DNA from: an uncultured Alphaproteobacteria bacterium
GTDB lineage: Bacteria; Pseudomonadota; Alphaproteobacteria; Rhizobiales; Beijerinckiaceae
Direction of reading: 5' to 3'
Length of the DNA stretch: 64,000 nucleotides
Assembly: GCA_963842835.1 (NCBI GenBank)
Contig: CAWJIB010000014.1
Coordinates: forward strand, 22,665 to 86,664
Below the pieces are notes generated by a model. It was not told the origin of the DNA and did not search any database. It was given only the letters and a program-made list of their open reading frames with translations. Both the position numbers and the translations under genes were made by a program. Each line of letters starts with the position of its first letter. Position 1 is the stretch's first letter. Shown piece by piece: positions 1 to 9,402 of the stretch.

Positions 1-51
1 ACAGCGATCGGCGCGCCGCCGCATCGGGGACTCTCTTGCATCGAAGCGGAC

Positions 52-127
52 TGGTGGGCGGTGACGGGCTCGAACCGCCGACCCTCTCGGTGTAAACGAG
101 ATGCTCTACCAACTGAGCTAACCGCCC
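52..127 (-). tRNA. tRNA-Val (anticodon TAC)
   Basis: The reverse complement folds by hand into a 76-nt cloverleaf. Acceptor GGGCGGT/ACCGCCC; D-arm GCTC-AGTTGGTA-GAGC; anticodon arm TCTCG-TTTACAC-CGAGA (TAC); T-arm GGCGG-TTCGAGC-CCGTC; encoded CCA. Confidence 0.9.
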
Positions 128-243
128 TTGATCTCGCGGCGCCGCGCGTCGCGCCGAACAGCCTACACAGTCGCGCTTCGCGGGCCAAGCCTGATCCCGC
201 CTCGTGTGATCCCGCCTCGGCCCGATCCAAAGTCGTGGCGATC

Positions 244-270
244 AACGAAAAGGGCGGCCTGGGGCCGCCC
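244..270 (-). terminator. Rho-independent terminator downstream of hupB
   Basis: Stem GGGCGGCC (252-259) / GGCCGCCC (263-270) with a 3-nt loop. On the minus strand it is followed by TTTTCGTT (244-251). Confidence 0.7.
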
Positions 271-316
271 TCGAAAAACCTGCGCCGCGCCGCTCTTCGG
301 GCGCGCCGGATTGCGC

Positions 317-607
317 TTATTTCTTGACGGCCTTCTTGTTCAGGCTCGCCTTGAGCGCGGCGCCGGCCTTGAAGCGGGCGTTCTTCGAAGCCGCAATCTT
401 GATTTCCTTGCCGGTCGCGGGGTTGCGGCCCTTGCCGGCGGCGCGTTCGCGCACCGAGAACGTGCCGAAGCCGACGAGGCGCACTTCGTCGCCCTTCTTG
501 AGCGACTTGGCGATGCCGTCGAGCGTGGCTTCCAGCGCCGCAGCGGCGCTCACTTTGGTCAATTCCGCTTCTTTCGCGATGTGCTCGACGAGCTCGAGTT
601 TGTTCAT
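317..607 (-). CDS. hupB: HU family nucleoid DNA-binding protein
   Basis: 96-aa ORF starting [19 protein letters not shown]. Contains [25 protein letters not shown], the beta-arm signature of the HU/IHF family. Its position next to lon is typical. Confidence 0.92.
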   Translation of the reverse strand: MNKLELVEHIAKEAELTKVSAAAALEATLDGIAKSLKKGDEVRLVGFGTFSVRERAAGKGRNPATGKEIKIAASKNARFKAGAALKASLNKKAVKK

Positions 608-804
608 TTGGCCTCTCCTTTGCTTGTTTCGACGTTACCGCGACGTCGCGCGCTTGCTCCCGTCGACCGCTGAAGCCGGCCGTCGCCCGCTTTGGCGAAT
701 CGGCGCCCGAGGTGATCCCATTGCTTGCCAATTGCCCGCGGAAAAGCAAGGCTCTGCCGAGGTTCGACTCACAAAAATATAGGTCTTCCCGGCAATTCAG
801 GGCG

Positions 805-845
805 CCAAAACGCGAAAGGCCGCGAATCCGGCTGGATTCGCGGCC
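805..845 (-). terminator. Rho-independent terminator downstream of lon
   Basis: Perfect 12-bp stem GGCCGCGAATCC (818-829) / GGATTCGCGGCC (834-845) with loop GGCT. On the minus strand it is followed by TTTCGCGTTTTGG. Confidence 0.75.
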
Positions 846-875
846 CTTCTGCGACCTGTCGGCGCGCGCGTCGCA

Positions 876-3296
876 TTAGTGCGCGAGGATGCCGGCGCCC
901 TCGTCGTCGGCGGCCAGAGGCGCCGCAGCGGCCTTGGCGCTCTCTTCCCATTCGATGGCCTTCGGCTGGCGCACGAGCGCATGGGCCAGCACTTCCTCCA
1001 TCCGCGACACCGGAACGATCTCGAGGCCGTTCTTCACGGAGCTCGGGATATCCGCGAGATCCTTGGCGTTGTCCTCGGGGATCAACACCTTCTTGATGCC
1101 CCCGCGCAGCGCCGCCAGCAGCTTCTCCTTCAAGCCGCCGATCGGCAGCACGCGGCCGCGCAAGGTGATCTCGCCCGTCATGGCGACGTCGCGCCGAACG
1201 GGAATGCCCGTGAGCATGGACACGATGACCGTCGCCATCGCCACGCCCGCCGACGGCCCGTCCTTCGGCGTCGCGCCTTCGGGAACGTGGACGTGGATGT
1301 CGCGCCGATCGAACAGCGGCGGCTCGATGCCGAAATCGACCGCGCGGGAGCGCACGTAAGACGCCGCCGCCGAAATCAACTCCTTCATCACGTCCTTCAG
1401 GTTGCCGGTCACGGTCATGCGTCCCTTGCCCGGCATCATCACGCCTTCGATCGTCAACAGCTCGCCGCCGACTTCCGTCCAGGCGAGACCCGTCACCAGG
1501 CCGACCTGATCTTCCGCCTCGATCTCGCCGTAACGATACCTCGGCGCGCCGAGATATTCCGCCACGTTGGCCGCGGAGACGACGATCTTCTTCTTCTTGT
1601 TGGTGAGGATGTCCTTCACCGCCTTGCGCGCGAGATTGGAGATCTCGCGTTCGAGGTTGCGCACGCCCGCCTCGCGCGTGTAGCGGCGCACGAGCTCCAT
1701 GAGAGCGCTGTCCTCGACCACCCATTCCTTCGCATCGAGGCCGTGCTTGACCATCGAATTGGGCAGCAGGTGCTGCTTGGCGATTTCGACCTTCTCGTCC
1801 TCCGTGTAGCCGGCGATGCGGATGATCTCCATGCGGTCCATCAGCGCCGGCGGGATGTTGAGCGTATTGGCGGTGGTCACGAACATCACGCCCGAAAGAT
1901 CGTAATCGACCTCGAGATAATGGTCGTTGAACGCCGCGTTCTGCTCGGGATCGAGCACTTCGAGCAACGCCGACGACGGATCGCCGCGGAAATCCATCCC
2001 CATCTTGTCGATCTCATCGAGCAGGAAGAGCGGGTTGGAGGTCTTCGCCTTGCGCATGGACTGGATGACCTTGCCGGGCATCGAGCCGATGTACGTGCGG
2101 CGATGGCCGCGAATCTCCGCTTCGTCGCGCACGCCGCCGAGCGACATGCGCACGAATTCGCGCCCCGTCGCCTTGGCGATCGATTTGCCGAGCGAGGTCT
2201 TGCCGACGCCGGGAGGCCCGACGAGGCAGAGGATCGGCCCCGTCAGCTTGTTGGCGCGCTGCTGCACGGCCAGGTACTCGACGATGCGGTCCTTGACCTT
2301 GTCGAGGCCGAAATGATCGGCGTCGAGGATCGCCTGCGCGGCGGGCAGGTCCTTCTTGATCTTCGATTTCTTCTGCCACGGGATCGACAGCAGCCAGTCG
2401 AGATAGTTGCGCACCACCGTCGCCTCGGCGGACATCGGCGACATCTGACGCAGCTTCTTGACTTCGCCCAGCGCCTTGTCGCGCGCTTCCTTGGTGAGCT
2501 TGGTCTTCTTGATGCGATCCTCGAGCTCGGACATTTCGTCCTTGCCGTCCTCGTCGCCGAGTTCCTTCTGGATCGCCTTCATCTGCTCGTTGAGATAGTA
2601 TTCGCGCTGCGTCTTCTCCATCTGGCGCTTGACGCGCGTGCGGATGCGCTTCTCGACCTGCAGAACCGAGATTTCGCTCTCCATCAGGCCTAGGCACTTC
2701 TCGAAGCGCTTGGCGATCGAATGGATCTCGAGGATCGCCTGCTTGTCGGCGAGCTTGACCGCCAGATGCGAGGCGATCGTGTCGGCGAGCTTGCCGTAAT
2801 CCTCGATCTGGGTGACGGCCGAGACAACCTCGGGCGAAATCTTCTTGTTGAGCTTCACGTAATTCTCGAACTCGGACACCACCGAGCGCGACAAGGCCTC
2901 CGCCTCGATCGGATCGATCGGGTCGTCCGCCACCGCCTCGGCTTCCGCCTCGTAATAGCCCTCGGTCGGCAGATAGGCTTTGATTCGAGCGCGCGATTCG
3001 CCTTCGACGAGAACCTTCACGGTTCCGTCGGGCAGCTTCAGCAGTTGCAAGACTTTGGCCAGCGTGCCGGTGGCGAAGATCGCGTCGGTCGCCGGGTCGT
3101 CGTCGGCTGCGTTCAGCTGCGTGGCGAGAAGAATCGGCTTGTCCGCCTTCATGACTTCCTCGAGGGCGCGAATCGACTTTTCGCGTCCCACGAACAAAGG
3201 CACGATCATGTGCGGGAACACGACGATGTCGCGCAGCGGCAAAACCGGATAGGTTCCGAGCGATCCGGGAGCGACAGTCTTGCGGGTGGTGGTCAT
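876..3296 (-). CDS. lon: ATP-dependent Lon protease
   Basis: 806 aa. LON N-terminal domain ([15 protein letters not shown]), Walker [10 protein letters not shown], and proteolytic Ser context PKDGPSAG. Confidence 0.97.
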   Translation of the reverse strand: MTTTRKTVAPGSLGTYPVLPLRDIVVFPHMIVPLFVGREKSIRALEEVMKADKPILLATQLNAADDDPATDAIFATGTLAKVLQLLKLPDGTVKVLVEGESRARIKAYLPTEGYYEAEAEAVADDPIDPIEAEALSRSVVSEFENYVKLNKKISPEVVSAVTQIEDYGKLADTIASHLAVKLADKQAILEIHSIAKRFEKCLGLMESEISVLQVEKRIRTRVKRQMEKTQREYYLNEQMKAIQKELGDEDGKDEMSELEDRIKKTKLTKEARDKALGEVKKLRQMSPMSAEATVVRNYLDWLLSIPWQKKSKIKKDLPAAQAILDADHFGLDKVKDRIVEYLAVQQRANKLTGPILCLVGPPGVGKTSLGKSIAKATGREFVRMSLGGVRDEAEIRGHRRTYIGSMPGKVIQSMRKAKTSNPLFLLDEIDKMGMDFRGDPSSALLEVLDPEQNAAFNDHYLEVDYDLSGVMFVTTANTLNIPPALMDRMEIIRIAGYTEDEKVEIAKQHLLPNSMVKHGLDAKEWVVEDSALMELVRRYTREAGVRNLEREISNLARKAVKDILTNKKKKIVVSAANVAEYLGAPRYRYGEIEAEDQVGLVTGLAWTEVGGELLTIEGVMMPGKGRMTVTGNLKDVMKELISAAASYVRSRAVDFGIEPPLFDRRDIHVHVPEGATPKDGPSAGVAMATVIVSMLTGIPVRRDVAMTGEITLRGRVLPIGGLKEKLLAALRGGIKKVLIPEDNAKDLADIPSSVKNGLEIVPVSRMEEVLAHALVRQPKAIEWEESAKAAAAPLAADDEGAGILAH

Positions 3297-3500
3297 GGAC
3301 GATCCTGTTTCTTTGTGACCCGAGCGCGGGCCAAACGCCGCCCCGAGCTTGAAACGCCAATCAGCCGACGAGTCCCGACCCAGATCAAACCGGCGCCGGA
3401 TTTCGTCGCCATACGCCGGCCGGGATCAAAATCCCGCACCCGCGCTTCGACGCTTAACAGAGTCCGCATCGTATACCGAGGCGAAAACCATCACCGAGCA

Positions 3501-3529
3501 AGATGGCGGCTCGCCGCGCGAGTTTCAAG
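3501..3529 (-). promoter_or_regulatory. Possible RpoH (sigma-32)-type heat-shock promoter for lon
   Basis: The minus strand reads CTTGAA-N14-CCGCCATCT, close to the CTTGAA-N13-17-CCCCATNT consensus. It lies about 205 nt upstream of the lon ATG. By-eye match only. Confidence 0.35.
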
Positions 3530-3565
3530 CGTCAAGGGCGCCCATTCTTCCGCGCGGACGTTCGG

Positions 3566-4825
3566 TCAGCCGACCTTCTCGGCGCGCTCGGAATAGATGT
3601 AGAGCGGCCTTGCTTTGCCCTCGACCACTTCCGGCCCGATCACCACTTGCTCGACCCCGTCGAGGCCGGGAAGATCGAACATCGTGTCGAGCAGAATGCC
3701 CTCCATGATCGAGCGCAGTCCGCGCGCGCCCGTGCGCCGTTCGATCGCCTTCTTGGCGATGACGCTCAGCGCCTCGTCCTGGAAGGTGAGGTCCGTGTTC
3801 TCCATTTCGAACAAGCGCTGATATTGCTTGACGAGCGCGTTCTTCGGCTCGGTCAGGATTTTCTTCAGCGCGTCCTCGTCGAGATCCTCGAGCGTCGCGA
3901 TGACCGGCAGGCGGCCGACGAATTCCGGGATCAGGCCGAACTTGAGCAGATCCTCGGGCTCGACCTCGCGGAACACCTCGCCGGTGCGCCGATCGTCCGG
4001 CGACTGGACCTTGGCGCCAAAGCCGATCGACGTGCCCTTGCCGCGCGCCGAGATGATGCGCTCGAGGCCCGAAAACGCGCCGCCGCAAATGAACAGGATA
4101 TTGGTCGTGTCGACCTGCAGGAATTCCTGCTGCGGATGCTTCCGCCCGCCCTGCGGAGGCACGCTGGCGATCGTGCCTTCCATGATCTTGAGCAGCGCCT
4201 GCTGCACGCCCTCGCCCGACACGTCGCGAGTGATCGACGGATTGTCCGACTTGCGGCTGATCTTGTCGATTTCGTCGATGTAGACGATGCCGCGCTGCGC
4301 GCGCTCGACGTTGTAGTCGGACGCCTGCAACAATTTGAGAATGATGTTCTCGACGTCCTCGCCGACATAGCCCGCCTCGGTCAGGGTCGTCGCGTCGGCC
4401 ATGGTGAAGGGCACGTCAAGAATGCGCGCGAGAGTCTGGGCGAGCAAGGTCTTGCCCGAGCCGGTCGGCCCGATCAGCAGGATGTTCGACTTGGCGAGTT
4501 CGACGTCGCTGTGCTTGGTGGCGTGATTGAGGCGCTTGTAATGATTGTGGACCGCGACGGACAGCACGCGCTTGGCTTGCGGCTGGCCAATCACGTAATC
4601 GTCGAGGACTTTGCAGATTTCGCGCGGGGTCGGAATGCCGTCCTTGCTCTTGACGAGCGCGGTCTTGCTCTCCTCGCGGATGATGTCCATGCACAATTCG
4701 ACGCATTCGTCGCAAATGAACACGGTCGGACCGGCGATGAGCTTGCGCACCTCATGCTGGCTCTTGCCACAGAAAGAGCAATACAGCGTGCTCTTGGCGT
4801 CGCCTTCGGCCTTGGCCATTGTCAT
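3566..4825 (-). CDS. clpX: ATP-dependent Clp protease ATP-binding subunit ClpX
   Basis: 419 aa. N-terminal zinc ribbon CSFCGK...CDEC, Walker A GPTGSGKT, and typical ClpX sequence throughout. Confidence 0.97.
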   Translation of the reverse strand: MTMAKAEGDAKSTLYCSFCGKSQHEVRKLIAGPTVFICDECVELCMDIIREESKTALVKSKDGIPTPREICKVLDDYVIGQPQAKRVLSVAVHNHYKRLNHATKHSDVELAKSNILLIGPTGSGKTLLAQTLARILDVPFTMADATTLTEAGYVGEDVENIILKLLQASDYNVERAQRGIVYIDEIDKISRKSDNPSITRDVSGEGVQQALLKIMEGTIASVPPQGGRKHPQQEFLQVDTTNILFICGGAFSGLERIISARGKGTSIGFGAKVQSPDDRRTGEVFREVEPEDLLKFGLIPEFVGRLPVIATLEDLDEDALKKILTEPKNALVKQYQRLFEMENTDLTFQDEALSVIAKKAIERRTGARGLRSIMEGILLDTMFDLPGLDGVEQVVIGPEVVEGKARPLYIYSERAEKVG

Positions 4826-5117
4826 TCTCCGTTCCGGCCGCTCCAGTCGATGCGATTCAGCGGACGCCCGACTGCACAGCGTATTAAAAGCATCCTAACA
4901 AACCGTAGCGCCGGACTTCTCCGCTCCGTCCGCGCCCGACGCGCAACCCGTCGTAAGCCCAACGCCCCCAATCGGGACGCACGGCCTTGGCGACAAGCAA
5001 CCACCAATCGCCATGCAAAATCAAGTCCAACGCTCCGCCGGCCTCCGCCGCGAGCGGCGCGGCCCAGCGGCCGGTCGTCCGATTCGAACCTTCCGCCGAT
5101 TGGCTAAGGCGCTCTAA

Positions 5118-5792
5118 TCAGACCGGTTTCGCCTCTTCGAGCTCGCTTGCGCGCTTGACGACGACCTCGTCGATAATTCCGAAGCCCTTGGCCTCTTCGG
5201 CCGACATGAAATGGTCACGATCCAGCGTCCGCTCGATCGCCTCGTAGGTTTGCCCGGTGTGATCGACGTAGATCTCGTTGAGGCGCCGCTTCACCTTGAG
5301 GATGTCCTCGGCATGGCGCTGGATGTCGGACGCCTGCCCCTGGAAGCCGCCCGAAGGCTGGTGGACCATGACGCGCGAATTGGGCAACGCGTAGCGCATG
5401 CCCTTCTCGCCGGCGCACAGCAGCAGCGAGCCCATCGAGGCGGCCTGGCCGATGCACATCGTCGTCACCTTCGGCCGGATGAATTGCATCGTGTCGTAGA
5501 TCGACAAGCCGGCGCTCACGACGCCGCCCGGCGAGTTGATGTACATCGCGATCTCTTTCTTGGGGTTGTCGGCCTCCAGGAACAGCAATTGCGCGACCAC
5601 CAGCGACGCCGATACGTCCTCGACCGCCCCGACCATGAAAATGATGCGCTCGCGCAGCAGGCGCGAGAAAATGTCGAACGAGCGCTCGCCCCGCGCCGAC
5701 TGCTCGATGACGATCGGAACGAGTTGGTTGACGTAATAGTCGACGGGATCGCGCATGGGTCTCGCTTTCAGGGAATCGGTCGGGCGTCGCAA
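5118..5792 (-). CDS. clpP: ATP-dependent Clp protease proteolytic subunit ClpP
   Basis: Active-site Ser context GQAASMG, plus MVHQPSGG and YINSPGG. The track start is a TTG. The in-frame ATG at 5756 (MRDPVDYY...) is an alternative start. Confidence 0.95.
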   Translation of the reverse strand: MRRPTDSLKARPMRDPVDYYVNQLVPIVIEQSARGERSFDIFSRLLRERIIFMVGAVEDVSASLVVAQLLFLEADNPKKEIAMYINSPGGVVSAGLSIYDTMQFIRPKVTTMCIGQAASMGSLLLCAGEKGMRYALPNSRVMVHQPSGGFQGQASDIQRHAEDILKVKRRLNEIYVDHTGQTYEAIERTLDRDHFMSAEEAKGFGIIDEVVVKRASELEEAKPV

Positions 5793-5915
5793 AGCAGTAA
5801 GATAGGGGCGCTATCGGCGTTGTGAAAGGGGCTTCGAAAAGCCTCTTTCGACCGGGGATAACGCGCCGCGGCCAAATCGGCCGGAGCCACGCTCATGGCC
5901 GCCGGCCGAAGGCGC

Positions 5916-7277
5916 TTATTTCGCCGAGACTTCGTCTTCGTCGGCTTGCAACAGCTCCTTGGCCGTCACCGTGCGGTCCTCGACCTTGGCAAGGCCGAGG
6001 ATGTGGTCGACGACCTTCTCCTCGTAGAGGGGCGCCCGCAGTTCGGCCAGCGCCTGCTGATTGTTGCGGTAGAAGTCCCAGACCTGTTTTTCCTGGCCGG
6101 GAAAGGCGCGGGCGCGCGCGACGAGCGCCTGCGTCATTTCCTCGTCGCTGATCTTGACGTCCGCTTTGGCGCCGACTTCGGCGAGCAACAGGCCCAAGCG
6201 AACGCGCCGCTCGGCGATGGCGCGATATTCCGCGCGCGCCGCCTCCTCGGTCGTGTTTTCGTCGGCGAAGGTGCGGCCCGAGGCCTGCTGTTCGCGCTCG
6301 ACCTGAGCCCAGATCGAGGCGAATTCCTGATCGACGAGGCCCTGCGGCACTTCGAACGAATAGCGCGCCGCGAGCGCGTCGAGCAGCTTGCGCTTGACCT
6401 TCTCGCGCGAGGCGCGGGCATAGTCGGCGCGGAAGCGCTCGCGCAGCGTCTGCTTGACCTGATCGAGGCTCTCCGCGCCCAGGCTCTTGGCGAATTCGTC
6501 GTCGAGAGCGAAGGGCTCGGGCGCCGCGACGGCCTTTACCGTCACGTCGAAATCGGCTTTCTGGCCGGCGAGCTTGCGCGCCGCATAGGCCTCGGGAAAC
6601 GTCGCCTGAACCGCGCGCCGCTCGCCCGCGACCGCTCCGAGGAGCTGTTCCTCGAAGCCGGGAATGAAGGTGTTGGAGCCGATGACGACCTCGATGCCCT
6701 CGCTGGAGCCGCCTTCGAAAGGCTCGCCGTTGATCGTGCCGACGAAATCGACCGTGACGCGATCGAAATTTTCGGCCTTGGCCCCCTCGGGCTTGTCGGA
6801 ATAGACGCGCCGATCCTGGGCGAGGCGCTGGAGCGCGGCCTCGACTTCGCTTTCCTCGACCTCGGCGACCGGCCGCTCGAGCGTCAGATCGGAAAAGTCG
6901 CCGATCTCGAATTTCGGCAGCACTTCGAGCGCGACTTTGAAGGCGAGGTCGCCGCGCGCCTCGAGGGCCGCCTCGATCGCGTCCTTGTCGGTCGGCAGCT
7001 CGATCTTGGGCTCTTGAGCGAGGCGCAGGCCGTTCTCGTCCACGATCTGCTTGTTGGCGGAGTTGATCGCCTCCTGGACGACTTCGCCCATCACTGAGCG
7101 GCCGTAGACGCGCTTGAGATGCGCGACCGGCACCTTGCCGGGACGAAAGCCCTTGATCTTCACCTTCGTCTTGAGATCGGCGAGCTGCGCATCCAGGCGC
7201 GAAGCGAGATCGCTCGCGGAAAGAACGATGTTGTATTCGCGCTTGAGCCCCTGGCTCAGCGTCTGCGTGACCTGCAT
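5916..7277 (-). CDS. tig: Trigger factor (ribosome-associated PPIase chaperone)
   Basis: 453 aa. N-terminal ribosome-binding signature GFRPGKVP. Sits in the conserved tig-clpP-clpX-lon order. Confidence 0.95.
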   Translation of the reverse strand: MQVTQTLSQGLKREYNIVLSASDLASRLDAQLADLKTKVKIKGFRPGKVPVAHLKRVYGRSVMGEVVQEAINSANKQIVDENGLRLAQEPKIELPTDKDAIEAALEARGDLAFKVALEVLPKFEIGDFSDLTLERPVAEVEESEVEAALQRLAQDRRVYSDKPEGAKAENFDRVTVDFVGTINGEPFEGGSSEGIEVVIGSNTFIPGFEEQLLGAVAGERRAVQATFPEAYAARKLAGQKADFDVTVKAVAAPEPFALDDEFAKSLGAESLDQVKQTLRERFRADYARASREKVKRKLLDALAARYSFEVPQGLVDQEFASIWAQVEREQQASGRTFADENTTEEAARAEYRAIAERRVRLGLLLAEVGAKADVKISDEEMTQALVARARAFPGQEKQVWDFYRNNQQALAELRAPLYEEKVVDHILGLAKVEDRTVTAKELLQADEDEVSAK

Positions 7278-7383
7278 TTCAAACCGCCCTATATCAAAAG
7301 CCTAATACGCGCCCGCGCAGCATGCGCCGATCGAACCCAAGAGAACCCCCGAAGCGGAGGGCTGCGATGCGCCCAAGCGGAGA

Positions 7384-7469
7384 TGGTGCGGGCGGAGGGG
7401 CTCGAACCCCCACGACTTTGGGTCACCGGAACCTAAATCCGGCGCGTCTACCAGTTCCGCCACGCCCGC
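7384..7469 (-). tRNA. tRNA-Leu (anticodon TAG)
   Basis: The reverse complement gives acceptor GCGGGCG/CGCCCGC and anticodon arm CCGGA-TTTAGGT-TCCGG (TAG). It has a long variable arm, T-arm GGGGG-TTCGAGC-CCCTC and an encoded CCA. Confidence 0.9.
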
Positions 7470-7579
7470 ATCCCGCGCGCTCCGCAGGAGAGGCTGGTCT
7501 GCTTCGGGCGCGGTCTATAGCAGCTTGCGCCGCGCGCGCCACAGAAAAATGCACGGGCCCCCGAGTCGGGCGCGGCCGA

Positions 7580-7744
7580 TCAGTCCCTGATGTAGGCGGC
7601 CAGCGCGATGGTGAAAAGCCCTCCCGCGAGCGTCAGGGCGGTTGCGCCGCTCGAGCCGCTGTCTATGAATCGCGACGAGGCCGCGGTAATCGCGACGAGC
7701 GCGAGACCGAGGATCAGGCCGAGGAAGGCGATGAACTTGCGCAT
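7580..7744 (-). CDS. Small hydrophobic protein (54 aa, two predicted TM helices), unknown function
   Basis: This is the ATG-initiated tail of track ORF 7580..8095. Sequence: MRKFIAFLGLILGLALVAITAASSRFIDSGSSGATALTLAGGLFTIALAAYIRD. GGAG lies about 8 nt upstream of the ATG. It is divergent from the MCO-like gene. Confidence 0.45.
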   Translation of the reverse strand: MRKFIAFLGLILGLALVAITAASSRFIDSGSSGATALTLAGGLFTIALAAYIRD

Positions 7745-7867
7745 GGAACGGCTCCGAACGCCTGTCCCGCGACGGCGCCGCAGCGCTGGGGACATCCCCT
7801 TGCGCCCGCAAAAGCGGCGCCGGAAGGGGCGTCCCGAAATGGCGCAGGCCTCGGCGGGCGCCGGCCG

Positions 7868-9310
7868 ATGGGCGCGATGGGGTTGGGCGTGATGGGCTTG
7901 GGCGTGATAGGCTTGGGCGCGATGGGCTTGGGCGCGACCCGGCGCGCGTTCCTCGGCGGCGGCGTCGCGGCGAGCTTTTGGGCTTGGGGGCGCGCCGCGC
8001 TCGCGCAAGGCTCCACGCCGCCGGACGGCTTTCGTCGCCTCGAGGCCGCGCCTGCCTCCGCGCAGCTCGCGGCCCCGCCGGCCCCCGCGACGCAACTCTT
8101 ATCCTATAATGGCGCCTCCCCCGGCCCCTTGCTGCGCCTGCGCAAGGGCGAAGAGCTGAAGCTGCGGCTCGTCAACCGGCTCGAGGAAGGCACCACGCTG
8201 AGCTTCCCCGGTCTGCGAGCGGCGAACGCCGTGGCGGGAATCGGCGGTCTGACGCAGCCGCCGATCGCGCCGGGCGCCAGTCTGGACATTCGCTTCACGC
8301 CGCCCGACTCCGGCTTCAACCTCTATTGCCCCGACGCCGGCGGCGCGACCGCGAGGCAGATCGGCAGCGGGCTCTTCGGCCCGATCGTCGTCGAGGAGAC
8401 GAGCCCGCCGGCGGCGGATCTGGAGGCGATCGTCGTCCTGGCGGACTGGCGGCTCGACGAAAACGGAGAGATCAGGGACGACTTTTCCGACGCGAGCGTC
8501 ACGTGCGGCGCCGGTCGGCTCGGCGCGCTTGCGACCGCCAACGCGGCGCCGGCGCCGCTGACCCTGACCACCGCGCCCGGCGCGCGCATCCGCCTCAGGC
8601 TCGCCAACGCGGCGACCGCGCGCGTCATGTCGATCGGCGTCGCCGGCGTCAAACCGCTGATCGTCGCGGTCGACGGCCAACCGAGCGAGCCGTTCGAACC
8701 TTTGCGCAACGTCTTTCCCATGGGGCCCGGCGCGCGCTTCGAGCTGATGTTCGACATGCCGCGCGAGGCCGGCGTCGCGGTCGGCTTCATCCTGCGCGGT
8801 GGCGAAGCGGCGGCGATTCCCGGCGAGCCCGACCGCCCGGTGGTGGTTTTCGAGGCCAAGGGCGAGGCTTTGGCCGCGCGCCCCGCCATCGCAGGTCTGG
8901 CCGCCAATCCGCTGCTGCCCGCCGAGATCGATCTGGCGCGCGCGACGCGCTTCGATCTGACGGTTTCCGGCGGCGGCGCGGCGCCCTTCGCGATCAACGG
9001 CGCGAGCTTTTCCGATTGGAGCGCCAAGCCTTTGTTCGCCGTCCCGCCCGGCGCGCCGGTCACGCTCGGCTTCGTCAACAAGACCGCCGTGACGCAGGCG
9101 ATGCGGCTCGGCGGCCATGTCGGGCGCCTGCTGCACGCGCTCGACGACGGCTGGGAGCCCTATTGGCGCGACACCGTCCTCGTCGCGCCGGGCCGGACCG
9201 TCCACGTCGCGTTCGTCGCCGACAACCCCGGCAAATGGCCGATGGGATCGGCGATCCCCGAACACCGCGCCGCAGGGGTGGGTGGCTGGTTCCAGGTGGG
9301 GGGCGCGTAA
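7868..9310 (+). CDS. Tat-exported multicopper-oxidase-fold protein lacking canonical copper ligands (FtsP/SufI-like)
   Basis: Twin-arginine motif TRRAFLGGG. Cupredoxin-like repeats (LLSYNGASPGPLLRLRKGEELKLRLVN ...). The expected HxHG, WYHxH and HCHxxxH motifs read LSFPGL, NLYCPD and WPMGSAIPEH. The track ORF start at 7322 overlaps tRNA-Leu, so it is rejected. The first plausible ATG is 7868; others are 7877, 7892 and 7922. Confidence 0.75.
   Translation: MGAMGLGVMGLGVIGLGAMGLGATRRAFLGGGVAASFWAWGRAALAQGSTPPDGFRRLEAAPASAQLAAPPAPATQLLSYNGASPGPLLRLRKGEELKLRLVNRLEEGTTLSFPGLRAANAVAGIGGLTQPPIAPGASLDIRFTPPDSGFNLYCPDAGGATARQIGSGLFGPIVVEETSPPAADLEAIVVLADWRLDENGEIRDDFSDASVTCGAGRLGALATANAAPAPLTLTTAPGARIRLRLANAATARVMSIGVAGVKPLIVAVDGQPSEPFEPLRNVFPMGPGARFELMFDMPREAGVAVGFILRGGEAAAIPGEPDRPVVVFEAKGEALAARPAIAGLAANPLLPAEIDLARATRFDLTVSGGGAAPFAINGASFSDWSAKPLFAVPPGAPVTLGFVNKTAVTQAMRLGGHVGRLLHALDDGWEPYWRDTVLVAPGRTVHVAFVADNPGKWPMGSAIPEHRAAGVGGWFQVGGA
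7877..7936 (+). repeat. 4 x 15-bp in-frame tandem repeat (ATGGGCTTGGGCGTG-like) encoding (M/I)GLG(V/A) x4
   Basis: Read directly: atggggttgggcgtg / atgggcttgggcgtg / ataggcttgggcgcg / atgggcttgggcgcg. It lies immediately before the twin-arginine motif. Confidence 0.9.
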
Positions 9311-9402
9311 CGCGGGGACTTGAGCGGCTTCTCACCCGGCCCCCGGGCTCGCGGAGCCAGCGCCCCCGGGAAACAACAGAGGCCGGGTCGAGCGCGGCTT
9401 GC

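Noticed and set aside
769-3360. Long ORFs overlapping lon on the same or opposite strand (769..1725, 879..2693, 2014..3360, etc.).
   Set aside because: They are Arg/Ala/Gly/Pro-rich translations with no recognisable motifs, lying inside a gene with unambiguous Lon motifs. This is the typical high-GC alternative-frame artefact. The same reasoning applies to 3503..5107, 5895..7097, 8326..11055, 9332..10330, 13347..14870, 15664..16941, 18678..20426, 33208..35499, 36480..37916, 37000..38574, 43003..44229, 46337..47980, 49007..50116, 52618..54237, 56728..57948, 58200..59339 and 61841..63157.
5824-5849. Hairpin GAAAGGGGCTT-CGAA-AAGCCTCTTTC downstream of tig as a terminator, and a CCCCTATCT string as a sigma-32 -10 element for clpP.
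   Set aside because: The hairpin lacks a following T-run, and I could not find a convincing -35 CTTGAA partner at the right spacing. Neither is annotated.
7322-7867. N-terminal 182 codons of track ORF 7322..9310.
   Set aside because: This stretch reads straight through tRNA-Leu (7384-7469) and the small divergent gene region. The Tat signal begins only after 7868.
7877-7936. Whether the short tandem repeats (here and at 52301-52351) are CRISPR arrays.
   Set aside because: The units are directly adjacent with no spacers, are only 15-17 bp long, and no cas genes are present.
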